From positions 436 to 64,435 of the forward strand of contig JAWKNZ010000013.1 in assembly GCA_041391425.1 (NCBI GenBank): a stretch of DNA of 64,000 nt. Direction: 5' to 3'. The translations under genes and the position numbers were made by a program. Of the stretch, positions 35,131 through 46,003 are shown in pieces. Numbering within the stretch: the first letter of the stretch is position 1; the number at the start of each line of letters is the position of its first letter. Origin of the DNA: Bdellovibrionota bacterium. Lineage in GTDB: Bacteria > Bdellovibrionota_B > Oligoflexia > Oligoflexales > JAWKNZ01. The notes below the pieces were generated by a model. It was not told the origin of the DNA. It was given only the letters and a program-made list of their open reading frames with translations, and did not search any database.

Positions 35131-35641
35131 ATTTGATCAAGATATGTTCTTAATTCACTACGATTGAAGCTATTGCTAAACGAAAATGAAACAATGTTGC
35201 TTTCATAGGCTGTATATTTAGATGCTATAATTTGTATATAGAATAGGAATAAAAAATAGAGAGAAGAGTCTGTCTAGACATAAAGTTAAAAACTTTTCCA
35301 TGGATGATAATTTTTGATCAAATATCACCAAATAGATTTTAGCTTACTAAATGCTGTAATAGCGATGAGCGTTGATTCTAAAGTGTATTTATACAGATTA
35401 TCGCTGGTCTAAAATGGAGGGGGGAAAGCATATAAAATAAGAAACTGTATTAATTTTACTACAATGAGAAATTGCTTGTAATTCTAAAAAATTTAATAAT
35501 TTAAATATGTTATTAATTGAAAAGTTGATGCTATAGGGCTTGTCAAAATTGACGTAGTGTAGTATCTTCGTTCCAATTTGAGTGACGGAATTTATACAAT
35601 CGAAATACTGAAAAAAAGGCTTTTTTATAGTGGAAGTTAAA

Positions 35642-37045
35642 ATGAGTGCACACCGAACTAAGCATCCAAGGCATAAGATTCTCGTAGTTGATGATGAGGA
35701 AGATATTAGAGCACTGTTTGTTGCTAAACTTGAAGGTGCTGGATTGCCCGCAGATAGTGTTGATACTATAGATGGTGCGTTAGCTCTTTTAAATAAATAT
35801 GAATATCAAGCTGTGTTACTCGACTTATTTTTGAAGGATGAAAATTCGCTAGATGCGATATCTACTTTTTTATCTACATCTCCTACTACTAAAATCGTTA
35901 TATTAACTGCTCATGGTAGTATCGACTTTGCTGTAAATGCTATGAATAAAGGTGCTTCTGGATTTCTAGTTAAGACAGATTTGCCAGATACTAATATTGA
36001 AAAATTTAAGAAGCTTATCAATTCTGGCTATACTTCTTCGGATAAAAATAAAAATTGCTTGGAAAATATCGGGATCATTGGAAAGAGCGATCCCATGAAA
36101 GAGTTAGCTAAAAAGCTTTATAAATTGCGGGAAGTCGATTCAACAGTTTTATTACAAGGTGAATCAGGTACAGGTAAAGAATTATTTGCACGCGCAATCC
36201 ATAACTTATCTAGGCGCTCGTCAGGGCCCTTTATTGCAATTAATTGTGCTGCTATTTCAGAAAGTATTCTTGAATCTGAGCTTTTTGGTTATAAGAGAGG
36301 AGCATTTACCGATGCTCGTAATGATAGAAAAGGCTATTTCGAGACATGTAGCGATGGAACTTTATTTTTAGATGAAATAGGTGAGATGTCTCCAAGTATC
36401 CAGTCCAAGTTGCTAAGAGTTATCCAGGAAAAAGAAGTAACTCCTCTTGGCTCTTGTAATCCAGTGCCTGTTAATACAAGAATCATAGCTGCGACTAATC
36501 GAAATCTAGAAGCCGAGGTAAAGGATAAAAAATTTCGTCAAGATTTATTTTATAGATTAGCGGTTTTTCAGTTGACCTTGCCTACTTTGCGAGAGAGAAA
36601 AGAAGATATACCATTATTAGTGAATTATTTTGTTGAGTATTATAATAACCGTTTTGATAAAAGTGTTGCTAATCCTCCTGAAGGTGTATGTAAGAGATTA
36701 AAGGCTTACGACTGGCCAGGAAACATTAGGGAGCTACAGAATGCTATAGAGCGTGCTGTTGCACTTTCTGATAATAATGAGTTTTCTGCAGATGACTTAC
36801 TTCCATATTCTGAATGGAATGCCTTGAACTCTGTCGATGAAATCCCTAGAATTTCAGATTTGCCATTGAACTATCAATTGGCAAAGAATTCTTTCGAAAA
36901 GCACTATATTTCCAATCTTTTGTTAATGACACATGGAAATGTGACAGAAGCAGCTAGAGTATCAGGACAGTATAGGCCTAATATTTATAGGTTGATAAAT
37001 AAGTTTCAGATAGATCCTCATCAATATAAGGATGGGCTTCACTAA
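35642..37045 (+). CDS. sigma-54-dependent response regulator (NtrC family: REC, AAA+, Fis-type HTH)
   Basis: It has a REC domain (...ILVVDDEEDI...VLLDLFL...), Walker A GESGTGKE, GAFTDA, ESELFGY, and the C-terminal ...GNVTEAARVSGQYRPNIYRLINKF.... GGAAG lies 5 nt before the ATG at 35642. Confidence 0.85.
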   Translation: MSAHRTKHPRHKILVVDDEEDIRALFVAKLEGAGLPADSVDTIDGALALLNKYEYQAVLLDLFLKDENSLDAISTFLSTSPTTKIVILTAHGSIDFAVNAMNKGASGFLVKTDLPDTNIEKFKKLINSGYTSSDKNKNCLENIGIIGKSDPMKELAKKLYKLREVDSTVLLQGESGTGKELFARAIHNLSRRSSGPFIAINCAAISESILESELFGYKRGAFTDARNDRKGYFETCSDGTLFLDEIGEMSPSIQSKLLRVIQEKEVTPLGSCNPVPVNTRIIAATNRNLEAEVKDKKFRQDLFYRLAVFQLTLPTLRERKEDIPLLVNYFVEYYNNRFDKSVANPPEGVCKRLKAYDWPGNIRELQNAIERAVALSDNNEFSADDLLPYSEWNALNSVDEIPRISDLPLNYQLAKNSFEKHYISNLLLMTHGNVTEAARVSGQYRPNIYRLINKFQIDPHQYKDGLH

Positions 37046-37095
37046 GAGATCTAGAAATTAAAAAGTTTAATTAGACAAATTTTTCTAGAGTGTTG

Positions 37096-37428
37096 TTAGT
37101 TGGTGTCGTCAGTGTGGTTATCTATTACAATGTATTTAGATAATTCCTGAAGTTTGAGAATGTGCAGTAATAGTACGTCTTTCCTGCTTTTGTTTTTTAA
37201 TTCACGCTCGAAGGCTTCAATAGTAGTAACGATATCGGGAAATCCATAAGTCCCAGCTGATCCCTTTAATCGATGTGCGACTGTTCCTAAGTTTTTCCAA
37301 CTTTCTTCTTTAAGGCCTTTATGTAGCTCTTTTATGGCGTTCGATAGGTGTTGTAAAAAGGTCGGCAATAACATTCTTAGGATTTCGTCAGATTCCATTG
37401 TAGATCTTATTTGGTGGTTTTTACTCAT
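37096..37428 (-). CDS. Hpt (histidine phosphotransfer) domain protein
   Basis: 110 aa. ...AHRLKGSAGTYGF... is the HxxKG phosphorelay motif. Confidence 0.7.
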   Translation of the reverse strand: MSKNHQIRSTMESDEILRMLLPTFLQHLSNAIKELHKGLKEESWKNLGTVAHRLKGSAGTYGFPDIVTTIEAFERELKNKSRKDVLLLHILKLQELSKYIVIDNHTDDTN

Positions 37429-37680
37429 AATATACTCCTTAAAAGGCCTATGTTTTTAGCTTAGCTATATGAGATCTAATCTTTAACCGAGTTGATGCAA
37501 ATATGTCTAGACTTATCGAGCTTATCTTAATATTGGTATGGGTATATATGTGCATATATCTCTTTTTTTAAATTGAGTCAGCGCTCTACATACTTCAGTA
37601 ATTGTTTTCTTAACGTTACGAATGTAGTAAGAAGACTGCATTAAATTTCTTAAAACTCGAAATATTTCATGGAAAAAAAT

Positions 37681-37696
37681 TGGCATGAAATTAGCA
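37681..37696 (+). promoter_or_regulatory. candidate sigma-54 (-24/-12) promoter
   Basis: TGGCATGAAATTAGCA compared with the consensus TGGCAC-N5-TTGCA. GG and GC are at the correct spacing. It lies about 220 nt upstream of the PAS-kinase operon. Confidence 0.3.
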
Positions 37697-37913
37697 TTTG
37701 GTTTCACATAACTAAAAGCTTGTATTGTGTTTTTGTGTCTTGTTGGTTTTTTGATCGTTAGTTGGAATTTTAAGCATTGGACGTGCTTAGGTCATTCTTT
37801 GTTTTACGGGAAAAGAAAAAATATGGCTTTCTCAAAATGGAACACTTTTTTGTTGAAGGCATAAGAATATTTTGAGCCTGAGTAAAAATTATGAATTATA
37901 GTTGGATTTAAAT

Positions 37914-39059
37914 ATGTCAATTTTAGATATGCCGTCAAGCGATTTCAATGGAGAAGAAGCCAAGCGAGATCGAGATATGTTAAAAAAGATTCTCGAATTG
38001 AATACTGATGGTTGGTGGATAAGAGACTTAAATTTTCCTGATCAAATCTATTTAAGTTCCTCGTTAAAAAAAAATCTTGGTTATGAGGATGGTGAACTTG
38101 AGAATAGTATATCAACCTTAGAACGGCTTGTTTTTGCAGAAGACTTAGCTATTGTTGAAAAAAATATATCAAATTATATAAAATTAAATGAAAGTCAGGT
38201 TTTTACCCAAAAAATACGTTTCCGTCATAAAAATGGATCTACTATTTGGATGACATGTAAAGGGCAAGCTATTCAGGATGGGGCAGGAAAAACTATTAAG
38301 TTAATAGGGGTCCATTTTGATATTACTCAACTAATCCTGCTGAAAAATAAATTAAGTGAAGCCAATAAGAAATTAAAAGATAAAAATAATGAATTAGAAC
38401 AGTTAATTTATACTATTTCACACGATTTAAAATCGCCAGTTATAACCTGCGGATCGTTTCTAGGTTTCTTGAAAGAAGATATTGATAATAATAAAGAGGA
38501 TGAAGCTAAAGAGTCGATTGCTGAAATAGAAAAAGCATTAGCAAAATTGTCTCATTTAATAACCGATCTGATTGAAATAAATCAGATGGGTAAGGTAATT
38601 CTCAATTTAGAATTGATTGATACTCGAGAGCTTGTAACTTCATTAGCAAAACAATTGAAGCATCGTGAACTGACTAAGAAAGTTCAAATTGATGTCAGCC
38701 AAGACCTTCCACAAATAATGGCTGATAAATCTAAAATCACTCAAGTTTTTGAAAACCTTTTAAATAATGCCATAAAATACTCATACGCAGATATACCAGT
38801 ATTGATCAAGATATACTCTCGTATTAGCTCTAATGGAGTTGAAATATGTATTGAAGATAATGGACCTGGAATTGATGAGAGTTATCATGGAAAAATATTT
38901 AAATTATTTCAGCGTTTAGATAAAAGTAAAGAGGGTACGGGAATAGGGCTAACTATTGTTTCAAGAATAATGCGTCTTCATAAAGGCTCGGTAAGTATAG
39001 AGTCTAAATTAGGACAAGGATCATTGTTCTTACTTCATTTTCCTATGGAGAAGATATGA
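37914..39059 (+). CDS. PAS-domain sensor histidine kinase
   Basis: It has a PAS-like N-terminal half, the H-box ...ISHDLKSPV..., the N-box ...ENLLNNAIKYS..., and G-boxes ...EDNGPGID... and ...GTGIGL.... An alternative TTG start is at 37902. Confidence 0.8.
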   Translation: MSILDMPSSDFNGEEAKRDRDMLKKILELNTDGWWIRDLNFPDQIYLSSSLKKNLGYEDGELENSISTLERLVFAEDLAIVEKNISNYIKLNESQVFTQKIRFRHKNGSTIWMTCKGQAIQDGAGKTIKLIGVHFDITQLILLKNKLSEANKKLKDKNNELEQLIYTISHDLKSPVITCGSFLGFLKEDIDNNKEDEAKESIAEIEKALAKLSHLITDLIEINQMGKVILNLELIDTRELVTSLAKQLKHRELTKKVQIDVSQDLPQIMADKSKITQVFENLLNNAIKYSYADIPVLIKIYSRISSNGVEICIEDNGPGIDESYHGKIFKLFQRLDKSKEGTGIGLTIVSRIMRLHKGSVSIESKLGQGSLFLLHFPMEKI

Positions 39060-39538
39060 CGACTATCAAAGGTACTATGGTAAGATCTACGAATTTTTTA
39101 TTAATTGAAGATGATGATGCGCATGCAAGGATAATCATGCGTTCAATATTGGAATGTAAGTCGATAAAAAGTCAAGTTACTTTGATAGAAAATGGAGAAA
39201 AGGCATTAAACATAATTCAAAACTATACTGTTCATAACAGCTTTACGCACCCTGACTATATTTTATTAGATCTGAATCTGCCTAAAGTTAATGGTATGGA
39301 TATATTGAAAATGATAAAAGACCATCCATTTTTGTATAGGACTCCAGTGGTTATTCTTACAAGTTCAGACTCTCGACAAGAAAAATTAGATGCGTATAGA
39401 ATGCATGTGAATAGTTATTTAATAAAACCGACAGAGCCTGGTCGTTTTAAACAGATGGTTAAGGATTTACTTTCTTATTGGAGTTGTTGGAATAAAAATG
39501 TTTCTAGCGATTTAACTTATATTGAGGAATCGTCATAA
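39056..39538 (+). CDS. single-domain response regulator (REC)
   Basis: ...LLIEDDDAHA..., ...ILLDLNLPKVNG..., ...VVILTSS... and ...YLIKP.... Its start overlaps the upstream stop (ATGA). Confidence 0.8.
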   Translation: MTTIKGTMVRSTNFLLIEDDDAHARIIMRSILECKSIKSQVTLIENGEKALNIIQNYTVHNSFTHPDYILLDLNLPKVNGMDILKMIKDHPFLYRTPVVILTSSDSRQEKLDAYRMHVNSYLIKPTEPGRFKQMVKDLLSYWSCWNKNVSSDLTYIEESS

Positions 39539-41678
39539 TGACTGAAAAGATGACAATTTTATTGATTGAAGATGATGAGCAACATGCGAAAATTATTTTT
39601 CGTTACTTAGATAATAAGGCCGGTATTACCGTAATTCGCAAGGAAAACCTGCTGGAAGGATGCGCATATATAAATGATCATAAGGCTGTAGATGTTGTTT
39701 TGCTAGATTTAAGTTTGCCTGATAGTAATATAAATAATACTACCGCAAGAATGACAACAACTTTTGCTCATATTCCTGTTGTTGTGCTTTCTGCTTTTGA
39801 GGATAAAGAATTTGCAAAAGAGCTTATTCACAAGGGTGCGCAGGACTTTCTTTGTAAAAATAACCTTTCAGAAGATTTGCTTGTTCGTTCGATCAAGTAT
39901 GCAAAAGAAAGATGGCAAATACAGACACATTTAAAAGTAAATTGTAACTTGAATAAGATGCTTCATAAAATTAGTGAATTAGGATTGAGGCAACGTTCAA
40001 TACATAAATTTCTCAATGCAGCAGTTAGGTTGGTTAAATGTGCTTTAAATGCAAATGAAGTGTTGTTGTTTGAATATGATGTTACTAGAGATAGTTTTCC
40101 TTTAATAGCGGGAAATCTATCTAGTGACTTGAAGTTAAAATCATCAATAGCTGTAGAAAACATATTTGGTGAAAAATTTAAAGTTAATTTGCTTAGTTCT
40201 ACTAAAAAGATCATTTATAGCACAGAAAATCATAAAGGTAATTATATAGATAATTTGTTTATTCCTGACATATTCGCACGGGCTAACTTAAAATCTGGCA
40301 TAGCAGTATCGATTTTTGCACAAGATTCAACAATTCCTACCAACTTTCTAGTGGTTTATTTTCAAGATAAACATTTTTCTTCTAAGGAAGAAATTTGTTT
40401 TATAAAAGCAGCATCGAATATTTTAGCTGCTGCAATTAAGAGACATGATTTAGAATTAGCTTTACAAGAAAAGATTGATGAGTTGAGTGAAGCTCATATT
40501 AAAAAAGACGAGTTTCTTTCAGTTGTTTCGCATGAAATGAGAACACCTTTAAGTGTTATCGTTGGCTATGTGGATGTTTTAAAGACAATGCCACCTCAAT
40601 CGAAAGAATTTCTAAATGCATTGGATGTAATTTATAAAAGCTCACAGTCAGAGCTAAGATTGGTTGATGATATTCTTGACGTTTCAAAAATCATTACTGG
40701 AAGTTTGGTTATGAAAATGAGGTCGATTTCAATTGAATCGATTATTAATAAGGTAATTAGCTCAATGTCATTGGCTTCAAGGGCTAAAAGAATTACTATT
40801 TCTGTAGATATTGACGATAGTTTGGAAGGTATGATTGGAGATGGAGATCGATTACAGCAGGTTTTTTGGAATTTGCTATCGAATGCAGTAAAGTTTACTG
40901 GGAAAGATGGTACTATTAAGGTTTCGGTTTCGCACTCTGATGACAAGTTGCTTTGTAAGGTTGAGGATACTGGAAGAGGGTTGACGAAAGAAGAGTCAAC
41001 AAAAGTATTTGATCGATTTTGGCAAAATGATGCTTCTACAACTAGGATTCACTCTGGAATTGGCCTGGGGCTTTCTATTTGTAAATATATTGTAGAAGCC
41101 CATGGAGGGTTGATTTCTTGTTATAGTCATGGCTTAGGTAAAGGCACGCAATTTAAGTTTACTATTCCAGTATTACAGGCAGAAACTAGCGAGCAATCCA
41201 ATTTAGATATCGATGATAAACTGAATTTCAGATCTGAGAAGCCGCGTTTAATGCCCTCAATGCAATTATCTAAAAAAAATATTATATTGATTGAAGACTC
41301 TCCTGATATCTTAGGATTATTAGCGATTTATTTAAGACAGGAAGGTGCGAATGTGAAAACCTATACTTCTGCTCAAGATGCGTTACAAGAACTTATTCAT
41401 GAATTTGATAGTTTTGATGTGCTAATTTCAGATATCGGACTACCAGATGTTGATGGGTATGAATTGATAAAAAAATAAGAAAGTATGAGAAGGAGAGAGA
41501 AAAAGGTAGGCTCCCTGCAATTGCACTTACAGCATATATAGGTCATAAAAGTGCTAATAAATCGATGCAATCTGGGTTTGATGCTCATTTAGTTAAGCCG
41601 ATTAATAAGGACTTACTTATTTCTTATATTTTGAGGTTGGTTTATAAGAGTAATACTTCTTATAAAATTAAAGCATAA
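39538..41678 (+). CDS. hybrid sensor kinase (REC, GAF-like, HisKA, HATPase, REC); C-terminal receiver interrupted by a -1 frame break in an A7 run
   Basis: The H-box is ...VSHEMRTPL... and the G-boxes are ...EDTGRGL... and ...GIGLGLSI.... The annotated stop at 41478 cuts the receiver after ...DIGLPDVDGYELIKK. The next frame continues IRKYEKEREKGRLPAIALTAYIGHKSANKSMQSGFDAHLVKPINKD... to 41678. Confidence 0.8.
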
Positions 41679-41686
41679 AGTTAATT

Positions 41687-41716
41687 CCCCCATTCAGCAA
41701 ATTTGCTGAATGGGGG
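41687..41716. terminator. perfect 30-bp palindrome between convergent genes (hairpin; no U tract)
   Basis: CCCCCATTCAGCAAA|TTTGCTGAATGGGGG. It begins 9 nt after the frame-corrected stop of the hybrid kinase. Confidence 0.45.
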
Positions 41717-41811
41717 CGATAAGGCTGGCTCCTTTGGGAGGATCCTCAGTGGTACGGATGATTTTACTTGTCTTGGGTCGTTTTTATCCGGATGTAAGAT
41801 AGATTTTATTT

Positions 41812-42108
41812 TTATAGAGAATTTTTGTGTTTGTTGTTTCTATTGACGGTAGTAAGCTTGTTTAATTTTTTAAAGGATAGAAATTCTTTTTGATCTAATT
41901 TACCATCTGAATTTTTATCAAGAGTTGAAAATTCCCTCACTAAAACTTCTTGATTTTTGATTTCATTTATTTGTAATACTCCATCTTTATCTCTATCAAG
42001 TGCATTAAAAATATTATCGTGTATATTTTGAGCTGCTGAGGAATCAGCATGAGCTGTTGATAAAAAAGAAAGATAAATAAAGATATTGATGATAATTATA
42101 TTCTTCAT
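41812..42108 (-). CDS. secreted EF-hand calcium-binding protein
   Basis: It has a signal peptide and two DxDxDG-type loops: DRDKDGVLQINE and DKNSDGKLDQKE. Confidence 0.65.
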   Translation of the reverse strand: MKNIIIINIFIYLSFLSTAHADSSAAQNIHDNIFNALDRDKDGVLQINEIKNQEVLVREFSTLDKNSDGKLDQKEFLSFKKLNKLTTVNRNNKHKNSL

Positions 42109-42435
42109 AATTTTCCTTTCAAATTATAAACGAACCTAAAAACCTATGCTAAATGAGGTTTAGTTTTGCCTTTATGGGCAAGAACGTTATTTCTCTTGTC
42201 AAGAGAAGTGGCGATGCAAAATAGATGCCATTCAGATTTTTATGAGAGTGTTTTGATATATCGGAATTTTTAGATTACTGGTATCCCTTAATTGTCGCAA
42301 AACACAGACGCTTTTTTGGCCGAGGATGCCAAATTGCACTTACAGAATCGAAGTGAGTGTCGCAAGATGGCAACATATATATGTTTTAGATAAAATAATA
42401 TTTCTGTGAGCTAGGTACTTGCCATTTAAAAGGAT

Positions 42436-43800
42436 TTAAAAAATTGCAGAATTTTTAAATGAGTCTAGGCAGATATGATGTTTGGAAATGAGTTTGTAAA
42501 AATCTGTTCGGTTTCTACCTGAAACGCGTGCAGCTTTGCTGACGTTGCCATCCTCGGCTGCTAGAACTTTGAGCAAATATGCTCTTTCAAAATCGTCTTT
42601 AGCTTCTTTTAAAGAAGGGTAAGTGAATTCATTGTTTGATAAAACTTGTTCAATAAATCCCAAAGAAATAATCTCTCCAGAGCAAAGAGCGACGAGCTGT
42701 TCAACTGTATTTTTTAAGTGCCTGACATTGCCTGGCCAGTTTTTATTTTTTAAATATTCAATAGCCTCGGGGGAAAATTTTTTCTTACTTGAATTTTGTG
42801 ATGTTAATGCTTGCGATAAAAAATGTTCTATCAAGATGCTGATATCATCGCGGCGTTCATTTAATGCAGGAATGTCAAATGATACGATGTTGATTCGGTA
42901 GAAAAGATCCTCCCTAAATTCTTTATTTATGACAGCCTCTTCTAAATTAACATTTGTAGCGGATACTATTCTGAAATCTAAATCATATTGCACTGTACTT
43001 CCTAAAGCGCGTACTTTTTTTTCCTGTAAGACTCGGAGCAGCTTTACTTGGAGTGATAAAGGCATATCCCCAATTTCATCTAAAAATAATGTGCCTCCAT
43101 TTGCTGCTCTAAATAACCCTTGATAGTCCCTATCGGCCCCAGAAAAAGCCCCTTTTTTGTACCCATAAAGTTCAGATTCGAGAAGGTTCTCGGGAATTGC
43201 TCCACAGTTTATAGCAACAAATGGCTTATTACTTCTATCGCTTTGACTGTGAATCATGCGTGCAAAAACTTCTTTACCGACTCCACAGGGGCCTAAAATG
43301 AGTACGGCTAAATTTGAATTGGCTATTTTTTTTCCTCTTTTTATTAATTCCAGCATTCTATGATTTCTTGTTATGATTGATGTTTCGTTATCAAAATCTT
43401 TATCATTTGCTTTTGGAGAATTTAATTGAATTGCATTTTTGATAGTGTCGAGAAGGAGCTTTGTGTCGATTGGTTTCGATAAAAAGCTATAAGAACCTAA
43501 TTGTGTCGCCTGGACAGCATCTGGAATGGTTCCATGTGCTGTTATAATAATGAAAGGAAGGCATATAAACGTCTTTTGGGCTTTTTTTAAAAGACTAAGA
43601 CCGTCCATGTGATTCATTTTTAGATCGCTGACCACGACATCTGGATTTTCAATTATAATCTTATTGAGGGCTTCTTCACCGCTTGAAGCTGTGATTACAT
43701 TATAGCCAGATGCTTCGATTCTCATTGCTAGTAGGCGTAGTAATCCAAGATCATCGTCGACGAGGAGCACTGTATTTCTACTTTTGTTTAATTTGTCCAT
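42436..43800 (-). CDS. sigma-54-dependent response regulator (NtrC family)
   Basis: It has a REC domain (...VLLVDDDLGL...VVSDLKM...), Walker A GPCGVGKE, GAFSGA, ESELYGY, and the C-terminal HTH ...GNVSKAARVSGRNRTDFYKLISKH.... Confidence 0.85.
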   Translation of the reverse strand: MDKLNKSRNTVLLVDDDLGLLRLLAMRIEASGYNVITASSGEEALNKIIIENPDVVVSDLKMNHMDGLSLLKKAQKTFICLPFIIITAHGTIPDAVQATQLGSYSFLSKPIDTKLLLDTIKNAIQLNSPKANDKDFDNETSIITRNHRMLELIKRGKKIANSNLAVLILGPCGVGKEVFARMIHSQSDRSNKPFVAINCGAIPENLLESELYGYKKGAFSGADRDYQGLFRAANGGTLFLDEIGDMPLSLQVKLLRVLQEKKVRALGSTVQYDLDFRIVSATNVNLEEAVINKEFREDLFYRINIVSFDIPALNERRDDISILIEHFLSQALTSQNSSKKKFSPEAIEYLKNKNWPGNVRHLKNTVEQLVALCSGEIISLGFIEQVLSNNEFTYPSLKEAKDDFERAYLLKVLAAEDGNVSKAARVSGRNRTDFYKLISKHHICLDSFKNSAIF

Positions 43801-43859
43801 AAGAACCTTTCTCTTGCCACAAAGAGTAATGAGGCAAGTATTATATCTACATTTGCATA

Positions 43860-44396
43860 TTACAAGTTATTACCATCGCTACGATTGAGAGCCTCTTGCT
43901 CAATTTCAGATAGTTCTTTTATTTTTTTTTCTAATTCATTTTTAGCAGTGAGCGTCTCTTTATACTTTTCTTGTCTTTGACGGGATGTCTTTTCAAAATG
44001 GATTGTTGAATTTAATTTATCCCCATAGAGCTCCCAAAAGTTTTTTACGACTAACTCTTTTTTGATAAGAGTATTTAGAATGCCTTTTGCTCGTATCATT
44101 TCATCTTGCGATGCTTCAATATTTGTGACAATGACGACGTATTTTAACTGATTATTAAGACTATCTTCTTGTTGTAGTGCCTCTTTAATTTCGTTGAATT
44201 CTTCTAATTGCTCAGGTTTATCAAGGTTTCTAATATGGTGGTTGTAATTTAACCATGCTTCAATTGAATTTCTTTGGACATATTTGGGGTTCGAATATGT
44301 AAATTGATCTAAATGAATAGTTAGAGCAACTCTATTAGGGATACAAGAAATATAATAATTGCTCATTATAATTATGAAGAGCATAAGGTGTTTCAT
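43860..44396 (-). CDS. hypothetical lipoprotein/coiled-coil protein in the two-component operon
   Basis: The ATG at 44396 overlaps the kinase stop codon (ATGA). MKHLMLFIIIMSNYYISC is lipobox-like. Confidence 0.4.
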   Translation of the reverse strand: MKHLMLFIIIMSNYYISCIPNRVALTIHLDQFTYSNPKYVQRNSIEAWLNYNHHIRNLDKPEQLEEFNEIKEALQQEDSLNNQLKYVVIVTNIEASQDEMIRAKGILNTLIKKELVVKNFWELYGDKLNSTIHFEKTSRQRQEKYKETLTAKNELEKKIKELSEIEQEALNRSDGNNL

Positions 44397-45994
44397 ATAT
44401 AGGCCTTCGCTAAATGTGATTGCGAATGGGCTTTTTGACAAAGCTCTAAGCTAATAGGAGCAGATATTTCAAAGCAAGCTCCTCTTGCTGGATGATTTCT
44501 TGCCAAGATAACACCCCCTATTGATTTAATACACTCACTAGCTACATAAAGACCGATTCCCGAGCCTTTTAAAGGGCCGTTTCTGGTCGCTGTTCCTTGA
44601 TAAAAAGGGATAAAAATGTTTTCTTTTTCGATTTCCGGAATTCCTGGACCATCATCTATAACTTGAAGATACATTTTTTTATTAAAACTATGCCAGCAAA
44701 TACTGATGTTGCTTTGTTTCTTAGTGAAATCTACGGCATTTGAAATTAAATTATCTAATGCTGTCTTAAACTTTTGGCGATCAGTCTGCATTTCTATTGA
44801 TGTACCCATTAGGTTAAATTGGATTTGCTTTGATTCTGCAGAAAGCTTATGGTTCGCAAGTACTTCGTCTACGGTGTGTGATAAATTGAATTTTTCTTTA
44901 AATGTTTTATGATTGTCATCTACACGATTATAGTCCAATAGATTATTAATATGCCGTTTTAATTGATCAACATTCATACGCATGATGTTAACTATTTCCA
45001 TTTGATTTCTATTAAGTGATCCGGGTATCTGATCTTCTAGTAAGGACACACCTTCTTGAAAATTAGCTATTGGTGTTTTTAACTCATGAGACATTTGTTT
45101 TAGGAATTTTTGCTTTTGATTTTCTAATTTATCTAATCTAATCCGCAGCCAATTGAGCTTGAAGCCTAAGTTTTGAATGTCTTTAGGGCCGCTGACATAG
45201 ATTGTCGTTCCTATAGTACGATCACCTAACTGAGAAATGGCACTTTCAAGTTGTTTAAATGAATTTCCAATAAGCTTAATGAAAAATAAAATTAGGATAA
45301 GAGTAAGAGGTATAATTAATAGGCTTCCAATGAGGAGAATATTTCGAAATTCTTTAGAGCTACTTTTGACGTGACTGGTTGTAGCGTCTATAAAATTTTC
45401 TAACTCTATTGTTACTTTATCAATGGTTTCGTATATTTTGTCGTATTTATTTAGAATGGCGTCAATTTTTTTATTTGTTAATGTTGCGGTGTTTAAATCT
45501 TTTTCTAAATAAGATATCTTTTCTATTAGCTTGGATATTTGTAAAGAAAGACTTTTCCTCTTTGTATTTTCAAGGGGGGTTATAGCTATTCTTAAATCAG
45601 CTATTTTATTTGACAGTATTGCCCGAATCTTTTCATCACGGAATAACTTGTATTGTTTTATGTACCTTTCAATACCTTGCAGTGTATTTCTTAATTTTTG
45701 CTCTGAGCGTGTTGTGGCTGCAATTTCCAACACGATAGAGGTATTATTTTTGGATAATTGTCCTAACGAATGTGCTACATAAATAGACGAGATGAGAAGA
45801 GGACTGGTTACGATTAAAAATGCTAGGATAAGTAGAGCCTTGAGTGGATATGACTCTATTTTAAAGCTTTGCCATGACTTTTTAAATGGATATAATTTTT
45901 GCCACAAGCTGTCGATGCACATGCCTATTCTTGTGCCTCCAAAACTAAGAAAAACTTGCCTCACTAATGTAGTTGACTGGCAAAGTAAATCCAA
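44393..45994 (-). CDS. membrane sensor histidine kinase (HAMP, HisKA, HATPase)
   Basis: It has two TM segments, the H-box ...MSHELKTPI..., the N-box ...DNLISNAVDF..., and G-boxes ...DDGPGIP... and ...GSGIGLYV.... Confidence 0.8.
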   Translation of the reverse strand: MDLLCQSTTLVRQVFLSFGGTRIGMCIDSLWQKLYPFKKSWQSFKIESYPLKALLILAFLIVTSPLLISSIYVAHSLGQLSKNNTSIVLEIAATTRSEQKLRNTLQGIERYIKQYKLFRDEKIRAILSNKIADLRIAITPLENTKRKSLSLQISKLIEKISYLEKDLNTATLTNKKIDAILNKYDKIYETIDKVTIELENFIDATTSHVKSSSKEFRNILLIGSLLIIPLTLILILFFIKLIGNSFKQLESAISQLGDRTIGTTIYVSGPKDIQNLGFKLNWLRIRLDKLENQKQKFLKQMSHELKTPIANFQEGVSLLEDQIPGSLNRNQMEIVNIMRMNVDQLKRHINNLLDYNRVDDNHKTFKEKFNLSHTVDEVLANHKLSAESKQIQFNLMGTSIEMQTDRQKFKTALDNLISNAVDFTKKQSNISICWHSFNKKMYLQVIDDGPGIPEIEKENIFIPFYQGTATRNGPLKGSGIGLYVASECIKSIGGVILARNHPARGACFEISAPISLELCQKAHSQSHLAKAYI

Positions 45995-46003
45995 ACAAAT
46001 TTT

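Noticed and set aside
41397-41588. 63-aa minus-strand ORF at the end of the hybrid kinase.
   Set aside because: It is antisense to the frame-shifted continuation of the receiver domain, which has clear REC motifs.
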